DNA from: Candidatus Methylomirabilota bacterium
Lineage (GTDB): Bacteria; Methylomirabilota; Methylomirabilia; Rokubacteriales; CSP1-6
NCBI GenBank assembly: GCA_046726415.1
Contig: JBKPAK010000112.1
Coordinates: 2,334 to 66,333, forward strand
Direction: 5' to 3'
Length of the DNA stretch: 64,000 nt
Part shown: positions 12,306-21,608 of the stretch, piece by piece
How the letters are laid out: each line of letters starts with the position of its first letter
Numbering within the stretch: the first letter of the stretch is position 1
Notes under the pieces: model-generated
The model's database searches: none
What the model was told of the DNA's origin: nothing
Seen by the model: the letters and a program-made list of their open reading frames with translations, nothing else
Position numbers and translations under genes: made by a program

Positions 12306-13436
12306 ATGGCCGCAGACCTCGGCCACCTGCTGGAGATGATGGTTTCTCGGGGCGCCTCGGACCTGCACATCGCCAGTGGCAGTCCCCCTCGGTTCCGCGT
12401 CGACGGGGCGCTGTCACCCCTGGCGGAGACGGAGGCCCTCACGCCTTCCGAGACACAGCGCCTGGCCTACGGTCTTCTCAGCGACACCCAGAGGCAGCAA
12501 TTCGAGTCGAACCACGAGTTGGACTTCGCCTTCGCCGTCCAGGACGTGGGCCGCTTCCGTTGCAACGTGTATCGCGACCGGGGCGCCGTGGCCGCGGCCA
12601 TCCGAGGACTCCCCCTTCGCATGCGCTCTTTCGACGAGCTGGGCGTGCCTCCCGCCGCACAGCGGTTGGCCGAGCGGCCGAGGGGGTTGATTCTGGTGAC
12701 GGGACCGACTGGTTCGGGGAAGTCCACCACCCTGGCGACCATGATCGACAAGATCAACACCGAGCGGCCCGCCCACATCATGACGGTGGAAGATCCCATC
12801 GAGTTCATCCATCGCCACAAGCGCAGCCTGGTCAACCAGCGGGAAGTTCCGGCGGACACGCACTCGTTCCGCAACGCGCTGCGGGCCATCCTGCGGCAAG
12901 ACCCCGACGTGGTCCTCATCGGAGAGATGCGCGACCTGGAGACGATCGCCGCTGCCCTAAGTCTGGCTGAGTCCGGTCATCTCACCCTGGGGACATTGCA
13001 CACGAACTCCTGCGCCCAGACGATGCACCGAATCATCGATGTCTTTCCTCCTCAACAGCAGGACCAGGTTCGCGCGCAGCTCTCCCTGGTGCTCGAGGGA
13101 GTGCTCTCTCAGGCCCTGATTCCCCAGGTCGGCGGGGGGCGGACCATGGCGCTCGAGATCATGGTAGCCACGCCGGCCATCCGCAATCTCATCCGGGAGA
13201 ACAAGGTGCACCAGATGTACGGAATGATGCAGTCGAGTGCCGGCGTCGGCATGCAGACGATGAATGCCTCCCTCGCCAGTCTCGTCAAGCGGCGCCTGAT
13301 CACCAGCGAGGACGCGCTGGCCGCCAGCATGCTGCCCGACGAGCTGGCCCGCATGCTCGGCAACACCGCCGCACCGGCCCCGCCCGCGGCGCCGGCGAGC
13401 ACCCACACCGGAAGCCACCCCGGCCGGGTCGTTTGA
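12306..13436 (+). CDS. pilT: twitching-motility retraction ATPase PilT
   Basis: MAADLGHLLEMMVSRGASDLHI..., Walker A GPTGSGKST, AIRNLIRE motif; start trimmed to ATG 12306 (track ORF begins 12144). Confidence 0.92.
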   Translation: MAADLGHLLEMMVSRGASDLHIASGSPPRFRVDGALSPLAETEALTPSETQRLAYGLLSDTQRQQFESNHELDFAFAVQDVGRFRCNVYRDRGAVAAAIRGLPLRMRSFDELGVPPAAQRLAERPRGLILVTGPTGSGKSTTLATMIDKINTERPAHIMTVEDPIEFIHRHKRSLVNQREVPADTHSFRNALRAILRQDPDVVLIGEMRDLETIAAALSLAESGHLTLGTLHTNSCAQTMHRIIDVFPPQQQDQVRAQLSLVLEGVLSQALIPQVGGGRTMALEIMVATPAIRNLIRENKVHQMYGMMQSSAGVGMQTMNASLASLVKRRLITSEDALAASMLPDELARMLGNTAAPAPPAAPASTHTGSHPGRVV

Positions 13437-13451
13437 CATCCCGATAGAGGC

Positions 13452-14648
13452 ATGGCGCTCTTTGCCTACCGCGGTCATAGGACGACCGGCATGGTGACCG
13501 GGCAGCTCGAGGCACCGGATCGTCACGCGGCCCTGAGCGCCCTGCGCGCGCGGGGGATCGTCGCCACGCGCGTCGACGAACGCGCGCCTCGCCTCCCGCG
13601 CGGGCGGCGCCGGGTGCGCGTCAAGGATCGCGACCTGGCCCTGTACACGCGCCAGCTCTCCACGATGATCAATGCCGGTCTTCCGATTGCGCAGTGTCTG
13701 GCCATCCTGGGGGAGCAGGGACAGAGCGCTCTGCTCCGGCAAATCACCGCACAGGTTGCCGCCGACGTGGCCGGCGGGGCGACCCTCGCCGACGCCTTTC
13801 GCAAACATCCCCGTGTTTTCGGCGATCTCTTCGCGAACATGCTGCAAGTGGGAGAGGCGTCGGGCGCCCTCGACACGATCCTTTCCCGACTCTCGACGTA
13901 CCTCGAGAAGGCTGCCGCTCTGAAGCGCAAGGTGAGGGGAGCCATGATCTATCCGCTCACCATCGTCAGCGTGGCCGCGCTCGTGGTCGTGTTCATGATG
14001 GCGTTCGTCATCCCGACCTTCGCCCAGATGTTCACACACTTCGGCGGCGAGCTGCCGCGACCGACGCGGATCGCGATCGCGCTCTCGGACTTCGTGCGGG
14101 CCTATCTGGCGCTGATCGCCGCCCTCGTGGTCGTTGCGGTGTACGCCATCCGGCACCTGTACCGGACCGAAGGCGGCCGCATCGCCATCGATCGCCTGCT
14201 CCTCAAGATTCCCCTGCTCGCACCTCTGATTCGGAAGATCGCCATCGCGCGCGTCACGCGGACCCTCGGCACCCTCATCGCATGCGGCGTTCCTATCCTG
14301 GAAGGGCTGCGGATCACCGCAAAGACGGCGGGGAACCACATCGTGGAGGAAGCCGTCCTGATGTCGCGCACCGCCATCGCCGCCGGCCGCACCCTCACCG
14401 AGCCGCTCCGAACCCCATACGTTCCGGCCATGGTCGTGCAAATGATCAACGTGGGCGAGCAGACGGGCTCGATGGAAGAGATGCTCACGAAGATCGCCGA
14501 CTTCTACGACGACGAGGTCGACTCCTCGGTGGCGACGCTCACGGCGATGCTGGAGCCAGCCATGATCGTGTTCCTGGGTGTCGTCATCGGCGGCCTGGTC
14601 ATCGCGATGTACCTGCCGATCTTTACCCTCGTCACCGTCATTCGTTAG
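13452..14648 (+). CDS. pilC: type IV pilus inner-membrane platform protein PilC (GspF family)
   Basis: Two T2SSF repeats, three TM segments, ~400 aa typical. Confidence 0.9.
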   Translation: MALFAYRGHRTTGMVTGQLEAPDRHAALSALRARGIVATRVDERAPRLPRGRRRVRVKDRDLALYTRQLSTMINAGLPIAQCLAILGEQGQSALLRQITAQVAADVAGGATLADAFRKHPRVFGDLFANMLQVGEASGALDTILSRLSTYLEKAAALKRKVRGAMIYPLTIVSVAALVVVFMMAFVIPTFAQMFTHFGGELPRPTRIAIALSDFVRAYLALIAALVVVAVYAIRHLYRTEGGRIAIDRLLLKIPLLAPLIRKIAIARVTRTLGTLIACGVPILEGLRITAKTAGNHIVEEAVLMSRTAIAAGRTLTEPLRTPYVPAMVVQMINVGEQTGSMEEMLTKIADFYDDEVDSSVATLTAMLEPAMIVFLGVVIGGLVIAMYLPIFTLVTVIR

Positions 14649-14740
14649 TCGTCGGAGGGGCGTCGCGCCCCGCCGAATCCTTCCCCGCCACCGATCCGCA
14701 CGGGCCGAGCCCTCACTCGAAGGTCTTCGTCGAGGTTTCG

Positions 14741-14756
14741 TGGCATGCGAGGTGCA
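14741..14756 (+). promoter_or_regulatory. sigma-54-type promoter upstream of pilA: -24 TGGCAT / -12 GTGCA with canonical GG-N10-GC spacing
   Basis: tggcatgcgaggtgca at 14741-14756 (GG 14742-43, GC 14754-55), ~43 nt upstream of pilA ATG 14799; pilA genes are sigma-54/PilR dependent in several lineages. Confidence 0.5.
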
Positions 14757-14798
14757 GCCGATCGAGGAACGTACCGAACTCTTCCGCAGGGGGCGTCC

Positions 14799-15254
14799 AT
14801 GACCACGTGCTGCCGGCAGCAATTCCGAGGGGGGAACAATCGCGGCTTCACCCTGGTCGAACTGATGATCGTGGTCGCGATCATCGGGATCCTCGCCGCC
14901 GTGGCCATTCCGCTCTACGCGAACCTGCAGGCCCGCGCGCGCATCGCGAAAGCTCAGGCCGACGTTCGCACGGTGGGATCGGCCATCAGTATCTACGCGG
15001 CCCACACCGGGACTCTCCCCACCGCCGCGAACCTCGCCACGGCCCTGACCACGGCCAGCACCGTGGCCGGCGTCACGGCAGGGCCGTTCATCGGCAACCT
15101 CCCAACTCCGCCGAGCGGTGGAGGTTGGCCGGCCGCCTACACCTACGCCCCGGACGTGGCGCCGGGCGGGGCGGCACTGGTGGGTTCCTTCGTGTTCTGC
15201 GCCGCTGGTGACGGCAGCTTCGCCAACAGCGGCGGCGTCAGTAGCTGTCCCTGA
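14799..15254 (+). CDS. pilA: major type IVa pilin PilA (prepilin, 151 aa)
   Basis: Class III signal: leader MTTCCRQQFRGGNNRG then FTLVELMIVVAIIGILAAVAIP with Glu5; C-terminal Cys pair (FCAAG...SSCP) typical of the pilin D-region; start trimmed to ATG 14799. Confidence 0.85.
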   Translation: MTTCCRQQFRGGNNRGFTLVELMIVVAIIGILAAVAIPLYANLQARARIAKAQADVRTVGSAISIYAAHTGTLPTAANLATALTTASTVAGVTAGPFIGNLPTPPSGGGWPAAYTYAPDVAPGGAALVGSFVFCAAGDGSFANSGGVSSCP

Positions 15255-15268
15255 CTTTCCTGGCCGAC

Positions 15269-15290
15269 GCGCGGGAGGCCGTTCCCGCGC
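15269..15290 (+). terminator. hairpin after pilA (8-bp stem gcgcggga/tcccgcgc, 6-nt loop)
   Basis: Perfect inverted repeat 14 nt after pilA stop; no U-tract (common in high-GC genomes). Confidence 0.4.
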
Positions 15291-15472
15291 ATGGTCGCGA
15301 GGACGCTGCGTCCATCGAACGGGTCACCGACGTCGACGTCCTCGTGCGTCGAAGCATGCGCCTCTGGCGCCCCCGACGTGGTTCTCTGGCGTATCATGAC
15401 GAGGCGTATGAGCACGTCCAGCGTTGCGGCCGCGCAGAGCGCGCCGACGAGGTCGCGCCCTCCAGTCCCCGC

Positions 15473-16228
15473 ATGACCTTCGCGTTCGTGATCGCGCTGG
15501 GCCTGGTCATCGGCAGCTTTCTCAATGTCGTCATCGTTCGCGTGCCCAGCGGGCAGAATCTCCTCGGCCGGTCCGTGTGCCCTCGCTGCGCCACGCCGAT
15601 CGCGGCCCACGACAACGTTCCCCTCGTGTCATTCGTCCTTCTGCGAGGGCGCTGCCGCTCCTGCGGGGGCCGGATCTCTTGGCGCTATCCGCTGGTCGAA
15701 CTCAGCACCGCCGCCGCGCTGCTGGCCGCGTTTGCCCGCTTCGGGCTCACCCCCGCCTTTGCGCTGGCCAGCGCACTGCTCGCGGCGCTCATCGCCATTA
15801 CCGCCATCGATCTCACCCACCAGATCATCCCCAACGCGATCACCCTGCCGGGGATCGCCGTGGGGTTGCCCGGGGCTCCGGCCACCGGTCTCACCTCGTG
15901 GCTCGACGCGCTGCTCGGCGTCCTCGTCTGCGGAGGCCTCCTTTTCGCCGTCGTCAAGGCGAGCGGTTGGTTCTACTCCGAGACCCATCCCCAGGGCGGC
16001 ATGGGCTTCGGTGACGTGAAGCTCGGCGCCATGCTCGGCGCCTTCCTGGGCTGGCGGCTGGGCCTGTTCGCTTTGTTCGTGGCCGTCGTAGCTGGGGGCC
16101 TGGTCGCCGCCGGGCTTCTCCTGACTGGGCGCAAGGGGCGGAAGGATCCGGTGCCCTTTGGTCCCTTCCTGGCCTTGGGCGGAGCGACGGCGCTCCTCAT
16201 CGATCCCCCCGAGTTCCTCGGCCTGTGA
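15473..16228 (+). CDS. pilD: prepilin peptidase / N-methyltransferase PilD
   Basis: MTFAFVIALGLVIGSFLNVVIVR..., CPRC...CRSC tetracysteine, multiple TM helices; start trimmed to ATG 15473. Confidence 0.9.
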   Translation: MTFAFVIALGLVIGSFLNVVIVRVPSGQNLLGRSVCPRCATPIAAHDNVPLVSFVLLRGRCRSCGGRISWRYPLVELSTAAALLAAFARFGLTPAFALASALLAALIAITAIDLTHQIIPNAITLPGIAVGLPGAPATGLTSWLDALLGVLVCGGLLFAVVKASGWFYSETHPQGGMGFGDVKLGAMLGAFLGWRLGLFALFVAVVAGGLVAAGLLLTGRKGRKDPVPFGPFLALGGATALLIDPPEFLGL

Positions 16229-16351
16229 AGTTTGTCGGGCAGCGTGCCCAGAGAGCAGGGCATCACCTCGCTCGGGAGCCGCGCCAGACAACTTCTTGGT
16301 CCGGCGCATGCCGGGAACACGACTTGCTAAATCCTTCGCTGTCCACGGGCG

Positions 16352-16960
16352 ATGATGATCCAGCCAGCCCTCGCTCCTCGGAGCACCTGCCCCACGCCGC
16401 GGGCGTCCCGCCGTTGTGCTGATGGTCCGGCGGCGCAGCCTGGCGCCGCCGGGGCCCACCTCGCCGAATTGGTCCTCGTCGCCGCTGGGGCCAGCCTCGC
16501 CGAACTGCTGGTCGTCGTCGCCCTCATCGGCATCGTCACCGCGGCCAGCGTCCCGATGTTCCACACCTACGTCCACGGCAGCGCCGTGAAGGCGGGCGCC
16601 GAGGAGTTGGTGACCTTGATGAACCTCGCGCGGGCCCTCGCCATCAAGGAGAACACCCGCGTGTGCGTGAACTGGGATTCTGCGGGCTCGCACCGCGTTC
16701 GCCTCCTGGTCGCTCATGCCAACCCGTGCGCGGCCGCGGCCAACTTCTACGGCGCCCAGGGCCGCGGATTTGACGCGCGGATCGACGCCAGCGGCTGGAT
16801 CACCCTCCAGAACCGCGTGACCGTCACCGCGGCAACGGCCGACGTCGTCTTCACCGCTCTGGGCGTGGCCGCCCCGGGAGGTACGTACACCGTCTCGAGG
16901 AACGGACAGCATCTCAGCGTAGTGGTGGCGCCGTCAGGTCGGGTGAACATCACACCGTGA
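16352..16960 (+). CDS. minor pilin / pseudopilin (GspH/FimT-like) with duplicated prepilin N-terminal motif
   Basis: G|ASLAELLVVVALIGIVTAASVP prepilin motif with Glu5, preceded in-frame by a second copy G|AHLAELVLVAAG (12-codon duplication at 16454-16525); start codon uncertain (ATG 16352 gives an atypically long leader). Confidence 0.6.
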   Translation: MMIQPALAPRSTCPTPRASRRCADGPAAQPGAAGAHLAELVLVAAGASLAELLVVVALIGIVTAASVPMFHTYVHGSAVKAGAEELVTLMNLARALAIKENTRVCVNWDSAGSHRVRLLVAHANPCAAAANFYGAQGRGFDARIDASGWITLQNRVTVTAATADVVFTALGVAAPGGTYTVSRNGQHLSVVVAPSGRVNITP

Positions 16961-17463
16961 ATCGCTGTGACCACGGCTTTTCGCTGGCTGAGGTTCTCAT
17001 TGCCGCCGCCGTGCTCGTCATGGGCTTCGCGGGTGTCGTGGGCATGCTCGCTCTGTCTAGCTACGGCATTCGCGAGGGCCGCTATCGGTCCATGGCCGTC
17101 GTCTTGGCCGATGAACGCGTCGAGCAAGTACGGGCGGCGCGGTGGGATGGAAGCGAAGATTGCCTCGGCATATCCCCATCTCCCGTGTTGCCTCCGGTCA
17201 CCTCGGGATGCTCGGGGACCGGTGCGGGATACGCGCCATTCCCCGACGAGGCCCCTGGGACCATGCCGGGTCCCTTCGAGCAGTTCGGGCGAGCCGTGCG
17301 AATCCACACGTGCGCGGGGACAGGCGTATGTTCCATCGCCACCGCGGATCTCCGCCTGGTGACCGTGGCCGTCGTCTACTCGCCCACCTCCGGCCTCGGC
17401 GGCAACGTCAGCGGCATCGAACAATCAATGGTGGTGAGCCGCCTGGTGGGGCGGAAGCGGTGA
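16957..17463 (+). CDS. minor pilin, PilV-like
   Basis: MNRCDHG|FSLAEVLIAAAVLVMG prepilin N-terminus; RLVTVAVVY motif common in PilV; GTG start overlaps previous stop (GTGA). Confidence 0.65.
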   Translation: MNRCDHGFSLAEVLIAAAVLVMGFAGVVGMLALSSYGIREGRYRSMAVVLADERVEQVRAARWDGSEDCLGISPSPVLPPVTSGCSGTGAGYAPFPDEAPGTMPGPFEQFGRAVRIHTCAGTGVCSIATADLRLVTVAVVYSPTSGLGGNVSGIEQSMVVSRLVGRKR

Positions 17464-18761
17464 GCTGGGTGAGCGAGCGCGGAGTGGCCCTCCCCTTGAC
17501 TGCCCTGGCTCTGCTGATCGTCGTCTCGCTGATCCTCGCCCTGAACGCCCTGAGCGCGTCCGAACCCATCATCGCGAGCAATCATCTTCTCGCGGTGCAG
17601 GCACGTCTGGCCGCCGAATCTGGTCTCGAAGCGGCCGTCGTGGCCTTGTCGAACCCGCACGCTCTGTCCACGGGCTTTGCGACCACGCTCGCCGCGGCGC
17701 CGTTCATCCGGATTCCCGGCACCCGCGCGAGCTACCGCATCGCAGTATCGATCGACGATGGCTGGACCACGTTCGAGAAGGCGAATCAACGAAAGATCAC
17801 CGTCAGCGGGATCGCCGCGGCGAGTGACTCGGTCGACCCCGACGCGGCGGCCAATCGGGCGGTGCGAACACTCGAGACGGTCATTCGCCGCGATTCCCTG
17901 GCAAGCACGTTGCTGATCCCCGCCGCCGTCCTCCTGCCCGCAGGGGGCAGCCTCAGAGGGGAGGTCGACGCGCGGCGCGATGGGAGCGTCGACTTCGAGT
18001 CGTGGTGCACGCGCCAGGGCGAGTCGCTGCCGCCACTTGCCGGCGGCGCCGCTGATGGAGGCCACGATGTCGCGAATGCAGGACTCGTGTGGGGCCCGGG
18101 CAACGCCATCCCGAACGAGGAGGGAGTCGACATCCTGCACCGCGGCTCCGCCGCGCCCCCCGATTTCGTGTTCGCCAATCAGGCGTTCACGCCCAGCGAG
18201 TTGGCGGCACTGAAGGCGCTGGCGGTATCGACCGGAACCTTCTACCAAACCAGCCCGATGATCTTCGACGGCCAGTCGCCCCTGCCCGCCCCCGAGTCCG
18301 TGGTGTACGTCGAAGGCGACCTCGAGATCGAAGTCTATGGAGACCATACGACATGGACGGGCTGGCTCGTCGCCGTGGGCCCGCGGGGCCCCGGCACCGG
18401 CGGCCGCATCACGTTTCGCTGCCCTCCCGGCTGCTCGCCCGCGTGGCAGCGGCTCACCATCGACGGACTCCTTTACGCCGAGGACCGCTTCGAGGTGAGC
18501 ACGGCCACCGCCAACCGGGCCCTGACCGTGAACGGCGCCGTCGTCACTCGCAATCTCGGCGGCGCGCCAAACCGCATCGACCCCGCGAGCGCCGCCGATG
18601 TCCGGATCAATTTTCGATGTCAAGGCGACGGAAGCACCCGGCGAGGGATTCGTGACGCCATCGCGGGGACTGCCGACACGATCGGCGTGTTCGATCCCTA
18701 CGGTCGATCCGGATGGTACCCGAAGCTCGGCAGCTACCGGGAGATCGTCGGCCAGCCCTAG
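17460..18761 (+). CDS. pilus assembly / minor pilin protein, PilX/PilW-like (433 aa)
   Basis: N-terminus (M)SWVSERGVALPLTALALLIVVSLILAL resembles PilX_N; GTG at 17460 overlaps previous stop (GTGA); upstream 318 nt of the track ORF overlap the PilV-like gene and are not coding. Confidence 0.55.
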   Translation: MSWVSERGVALPLTALALLIVVSLILALNALSASEPIIASNHLLAVQARLAAESGLEAAVVALSNPHALSTGFATTLAAAPFIRIPGTRASYRIAVSIDDGWTTFEKANQRKITVSGIAAASDSVDPDAAANRAVRTLETVIRRDSLASTLLIPAAVLLPAGGSLRGEVDARRDGSVDFESWCTRQGESLPPLAGGAADGGHDVANAGLVWGPGNAIPNEEGVDILHRGSAAPPDFVFANQAFTPSELAALKALAVSTGTFYQTSPMIFDGQSPLPAPESVVYVEGDLEIEVYGDHTTWTGWLVAVGPRGPGTGGRITFRCPPGCSPAWQRLTIDGLLYAEDRFEVSTATANRALTVNGAVVTRNLGGAPNRIDPASAADVRINFRCQGDGSTRRGIRDAIAGTADTIGVFDPYGRSGWYPKLGSYREIVGQP

Positions 18762-18770
18762 TCGCCCGCC

Positions 18771-19844
18771 ATGCTCGCTTCCCTTCGCGACCGATTGCCG
18801 TCCCACCGACCCTCCCAGGCCTTCGGTCTGGATATCGGATCGGCGGCGGTCAAGGTCATCCAGCTCCGCCGGGTCGCTGCGTCATACATGGTCACGCGCT
18901 GCGCCGCCGTCGCCCTTCCCATCGGAGCGGTGGCGGAGGGCACCATCACCGACACGGGGGCGGCGGTGGAGGCGATCCGAACGGCGGTGGGCCGGGCCGG
19001 GATCACCAGCACTCAAGCGACCGTAGGCATCTGCGGGCGCGAGCTGATCATCAAGAAGCTGCAGATTCCCCAAGTCCCCCACAAAGAGCTGAGGGACGCC
19101 ATCCGAATCGAAGCTGAGCACCAGATTCCCTTTGCCGTTGACGAAGTCTTCCTCGACTACCACGTCATCACCCAGCAGAATCGGCTGATCGATCTCACGC
19201 TGGTCGCGGCCAAGAAGTCGAAGGTGATGGAGTACCACACGGTGGTGAGGCAGGCGGGGCTCGATCCGATCGTCGTCGACGTGGATGGGTTCGCCCTCGG
19301 CAACCACCTCGAGGTCAGCGGCGGGGCCGAGAGGGAGCGCATGGCCCTGGTCGACATCGGAGCCACCATGACCAAAGTGGCGATCGTCGCGGGCTCAGTC
19401 ACTCACTTCGTGCGCGACGTGCCGTTTGGCGGAAGTCGGTACACCCACGCCATAGCCACCCGCCTCGGCATTCCGTTCGACCGCGCGGAGGCTCTTAAGA
19501 CGGGCGCCGACCGACGTACCGGTGCCGCCGTGGTGGCCCGGACTTGCCAGGCGATCTCGCGCGACCTGGGGCGCGAGATCCAGCGCACGCTCGACTACCA
19601 CGCCGAGAGCGACGTGACGGCCACGCACGTCGTACGGATCCTGCTGGTCGGGGGCGGGGCGATGCTCGAAGGGTTGGACGAGACCCTCACCTCCACCCTC
19701 GGTCTGCCCGTCCAGATCGCGCGCCCCTTCGACACGCTCGCCGTGGACCCGGCGTGCGCCGACACCATCTCCAGCGTGGGCCCGGCCCTGACCCTGGCGC
19801 TGGGGCTCAGTCTGCGCCGACGCGCCGACAGGGCCAGCGTGTGA
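18771..19844 (+). CDS. pilM: type IV pilus assembly protein PilM (actin-like ATPase fold)
   Basis: FGLDIGSAAVKVIQL..., VDIGATMTKVAIV, LLVGGGAML motifs. Confidence 0.9.
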   Translation: MLASLRDRLPSHRPSQAFGLDIGSAAVKVIQLRRVAASYMVTRCAAVALPIGAVAEGTITDTGAAVEAIRTAVGRAGITSTQATVGICGRELIIKKLQIPQVPHKELRDAIRIEAEHQIPFAVDEVFLDYHVITQQNRLIDLTLVAAKKSKVMEYHTVVRQAGLDPIVVDVDGFALGNHLEVSGGAERERMALVDIGATMTKVAIVAGSVTHFVRDVPFGGSRYTHAIATRLGIPFDRAEALKTGADRRTGAAVVARTCQAISRDLGREIQRTLDYHAESDVTATHVVRILLVGGGAMLEGLDETLTSTLGLPVQIARPFDTLAVDPACADTISSVGPALTLALGLSLRRRADRASV

Positions 19845-20383
19845 TCAGAATTAATCTGGCTCCGCCCAGCGTGCGTCCGCCCCGGGTGCGCCGATCGCTG
19901 GTGGCAGTGGCTGGCGGCGCGGCGTGCATCGTGGTCCTGGCCGGATTCGGTTGGTGGTACGCGCTGCTGCGTCATGACGAGATGCAACTCAACAAGCGGA
20001 TCAACATCCTCAGGCACGAACTGACCAGCCACAAGGCACTGCTCGGTCGCGGCGAGCGCATGCGCGAGGCGTTCGCCGACCTTACCAGACGCGCGCGGGC
20101 GCTCCAGGAGTTGACGCGGGGCCAGGACACGACCATCCGAATCCTCGACGCGTTCCTCGACGTGATCCCCGCCGAGTTGTGGCTCACGTCCCTGGAAGGA
20201 CGCGGACTGGAGCTGCGCGCGGTGGGATCGGCCCGTTCCGCGAGGGCGGTGGCGAATCTCATGCTCAACCTCCGAGCCTCGGGGAAGTTCTCGGAGGTGG
20301 AGATCGTCACCTCCAAGCAAGACGTGGACAAGATTCCCCCCGCGCCGGTCACGTTCGAGGTCACCTGCCGATTCCGGACGTGA
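19841..20383 (+). CDS. pilN: type IV pilus assembly protein PilN
   Basis: (M)IRINLAPP... start, single TM (LVAVAGGAACIVVLAGFGWWY), coiled coil; GTG start overlapping pilM stop (GTGA). Confidence 0.8.
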   Translation: MIRINLAPPSVRPPRVRRSLVAVAGGAACIVVLAGFGWWYALLRHDEMQLNKRINILRHELTSHKALLGRGERMREAFADLTRRARALQELTRGQDTTIRILDAFLDVIPAELWLTSLEGRGLELRAVGSARSARAVANLMLNLRASGKFSEVEIVTSKQDVDKIPPAPVTFEVTCRFRT

Positions 20384-20384
20384 C

Positions 20385-21023
20385 ATGACCACCTTGCTGG
20401 CACCCCTGCGCAGCGCGGCGGCCGCCCTCAAGCTCGCGTGGGCGGTGCCGTGCTTGGCGGTGATCGGTGCCGGAACCTACCTCGTGGTCCTCTCACCGAT
20501 ACGGGCGCGGATGGCGCTGCTCGAAGTGCATCTGGCCGCCCTGGCGCAAGAGGTCGCCCACGCCCGGGCCGCAGCGCAGCATCTCGCGCGCTACGGACCC
20601 GAGACGATCGAACTGGAGGGACGCCTCAAATCGATTGCCCGGAAGCTCCCAACCGAACGGGAGATCCCGCCCCTCTACCACTCAATGTACGACGCCGCCG
20701 CTTCGACAGGGCTGGCGGTGGCGCTGTTTCAGCCGCGGGACCCGCGGATCCAGGACTACTACATCGAGATCCCGATTGCCGTGACCGCCGAGGGCACGTA
20801 TCACCAGCTCGGAGAGTTCCTCGAGCGCGTCGCCGGGTTCCCGCGCCTGGTCACGGTCAGCACGCTTCGAATGACCGGGCTCGAGCGGCCGGCGGTCTCG
20901 ATGCGCGCCGAGATGACGTTAATCACCTTTGTGTATCGACCGGTGGGCGCCCCGCCACCAACGCCGGCCTCCGCCACCCCTCGCCACCGCTTGGCAGCAG
21001 CCCGCGGCCGGCGAATCCGCTGA
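20385..21023 (+). CDS. pilO: type IV pilus assembly protein PilO
   Basis: TM segment + coiled coil + PilO fold region (IEIPIAVTAEGTYHQLGEFLERVAGFPRLVTVSTLRMT); position between pilN and pilP. Confidence 0.8.
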   Translation: MTTLLAPLRSAAAALKLAWAVPCLAVIGAGTYLVVLSPIRARMALLEVHLAALAQEVAHARAAAQHLARYGPETIELEGRLKSIARKLPTEREIPPLYHSMYDAAASTGLAVALFQPRDPRIQDYYIEIPIAVTAEGTYHQLGEFLERVAGFPRLVTVSTLRMTGLERPAVSMRAEMTLITFVYRPVGAPPPTPASATPRHRLAAARGRRIR

Positions 21024-21030
21024 CGCCATC

Positions 21031-21567
21031 ATGAGTCGCGGTCCGACGACGCGTACCGCGTGGCTCCCTGTCGTCGTTCTGGCTCAAGCCGCCTGCACCG
21101 AGCCGTCCGCCGCCCCCACGACGGCCCTGGTGGCGAAGCCGCCCGAGCAGACCTCGGCGGGCTCTGGCACGTCAGTGATCCCCACCACCGCGGCGCCACC
21201 GAACGCCGCCGCCCCATCCACGAGCCTCACCGGCCAGCCCCTTGCCGCTCTCCCGCCGGAGTACGCCTCGCGGGGCCGACGCGATCCCTTCGAGCCCGTC
21301 CCTCCTCCCGGACCGGAAACGGCAGGGCCAACCGCGCGTCGCCGCTCGGTCATCGCGTCGGCGAAATTGGCGGGCATCGTCCACGGGGTGGATGGACCGC
21401 TGGCCCTGGTCGAAATGCCCGACGGCATCGGCTATGTCCTCAAGCCGGGAGACGCAATCGAGGACGGCCGTCTGATCCAAATCCGCCCAGACTCCGCGCT
21501 CTTCGACATCCCTCCGAAGGCCGGGCTCCTGAGCGAGCGAATCGTTCTCACTCTGGGACAGAGTTGA
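21031..21567 (+). CDS. pilP: type IV pilus assembly lipoprotein PilP
   Basis: Lipoprotein signal MSRGPTTRTAWLPVVVLAQAAC; RRDPFEP motif and C-terminal beta-domain (LAGIVHGVDGPLALVEMPDGIGYVLKPGDAIEDGRLIQI). Confidence 0.8.
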   Translation: MSRGPTTRTAWLPVVVLAQAACTEPSAAPTTALVAKPPEQTSAGSGTSVIPTTAAPPNAAAPSTSLTGQPLAALPPEYASRGRRDPFEPVPPPGPETAGPTARRRSVIASAKLAGIVHGVDGPLALVEMPDGIGYVLKPGDAIEDGRLIQIRPDSALFDIPPKAGLLSERIVLTLGQS

Positions 21568-21608
21568 GTCTCCCCCACCGCTCAGGACAGAGTTGAGTCT
21601 CCCCCACC
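21556..21608 (+). repeat. 29-bp tandem duplication (ggacagagttgagtctcccccacc x2) spanning pilP stop and pilQ start
   Basis: 24-bp exact copies at 21556-21579 and 21585-21608 with similar flanks; copy 1 carries pilP TGA (21565-67), copy 2 carries pilQ TTG start (21593-95). Confidence 0.75.

Noticed and set aside
14649-14740. GGGGCG-tcg-CGCCCC hairpin right after pilC as an enhancer (UAS) site for the pilA sigma-54 promoter
   Set aside because: A 6-bp GC palindrome is too common in this genome to assign function; could equally be a weak pilC terminator.
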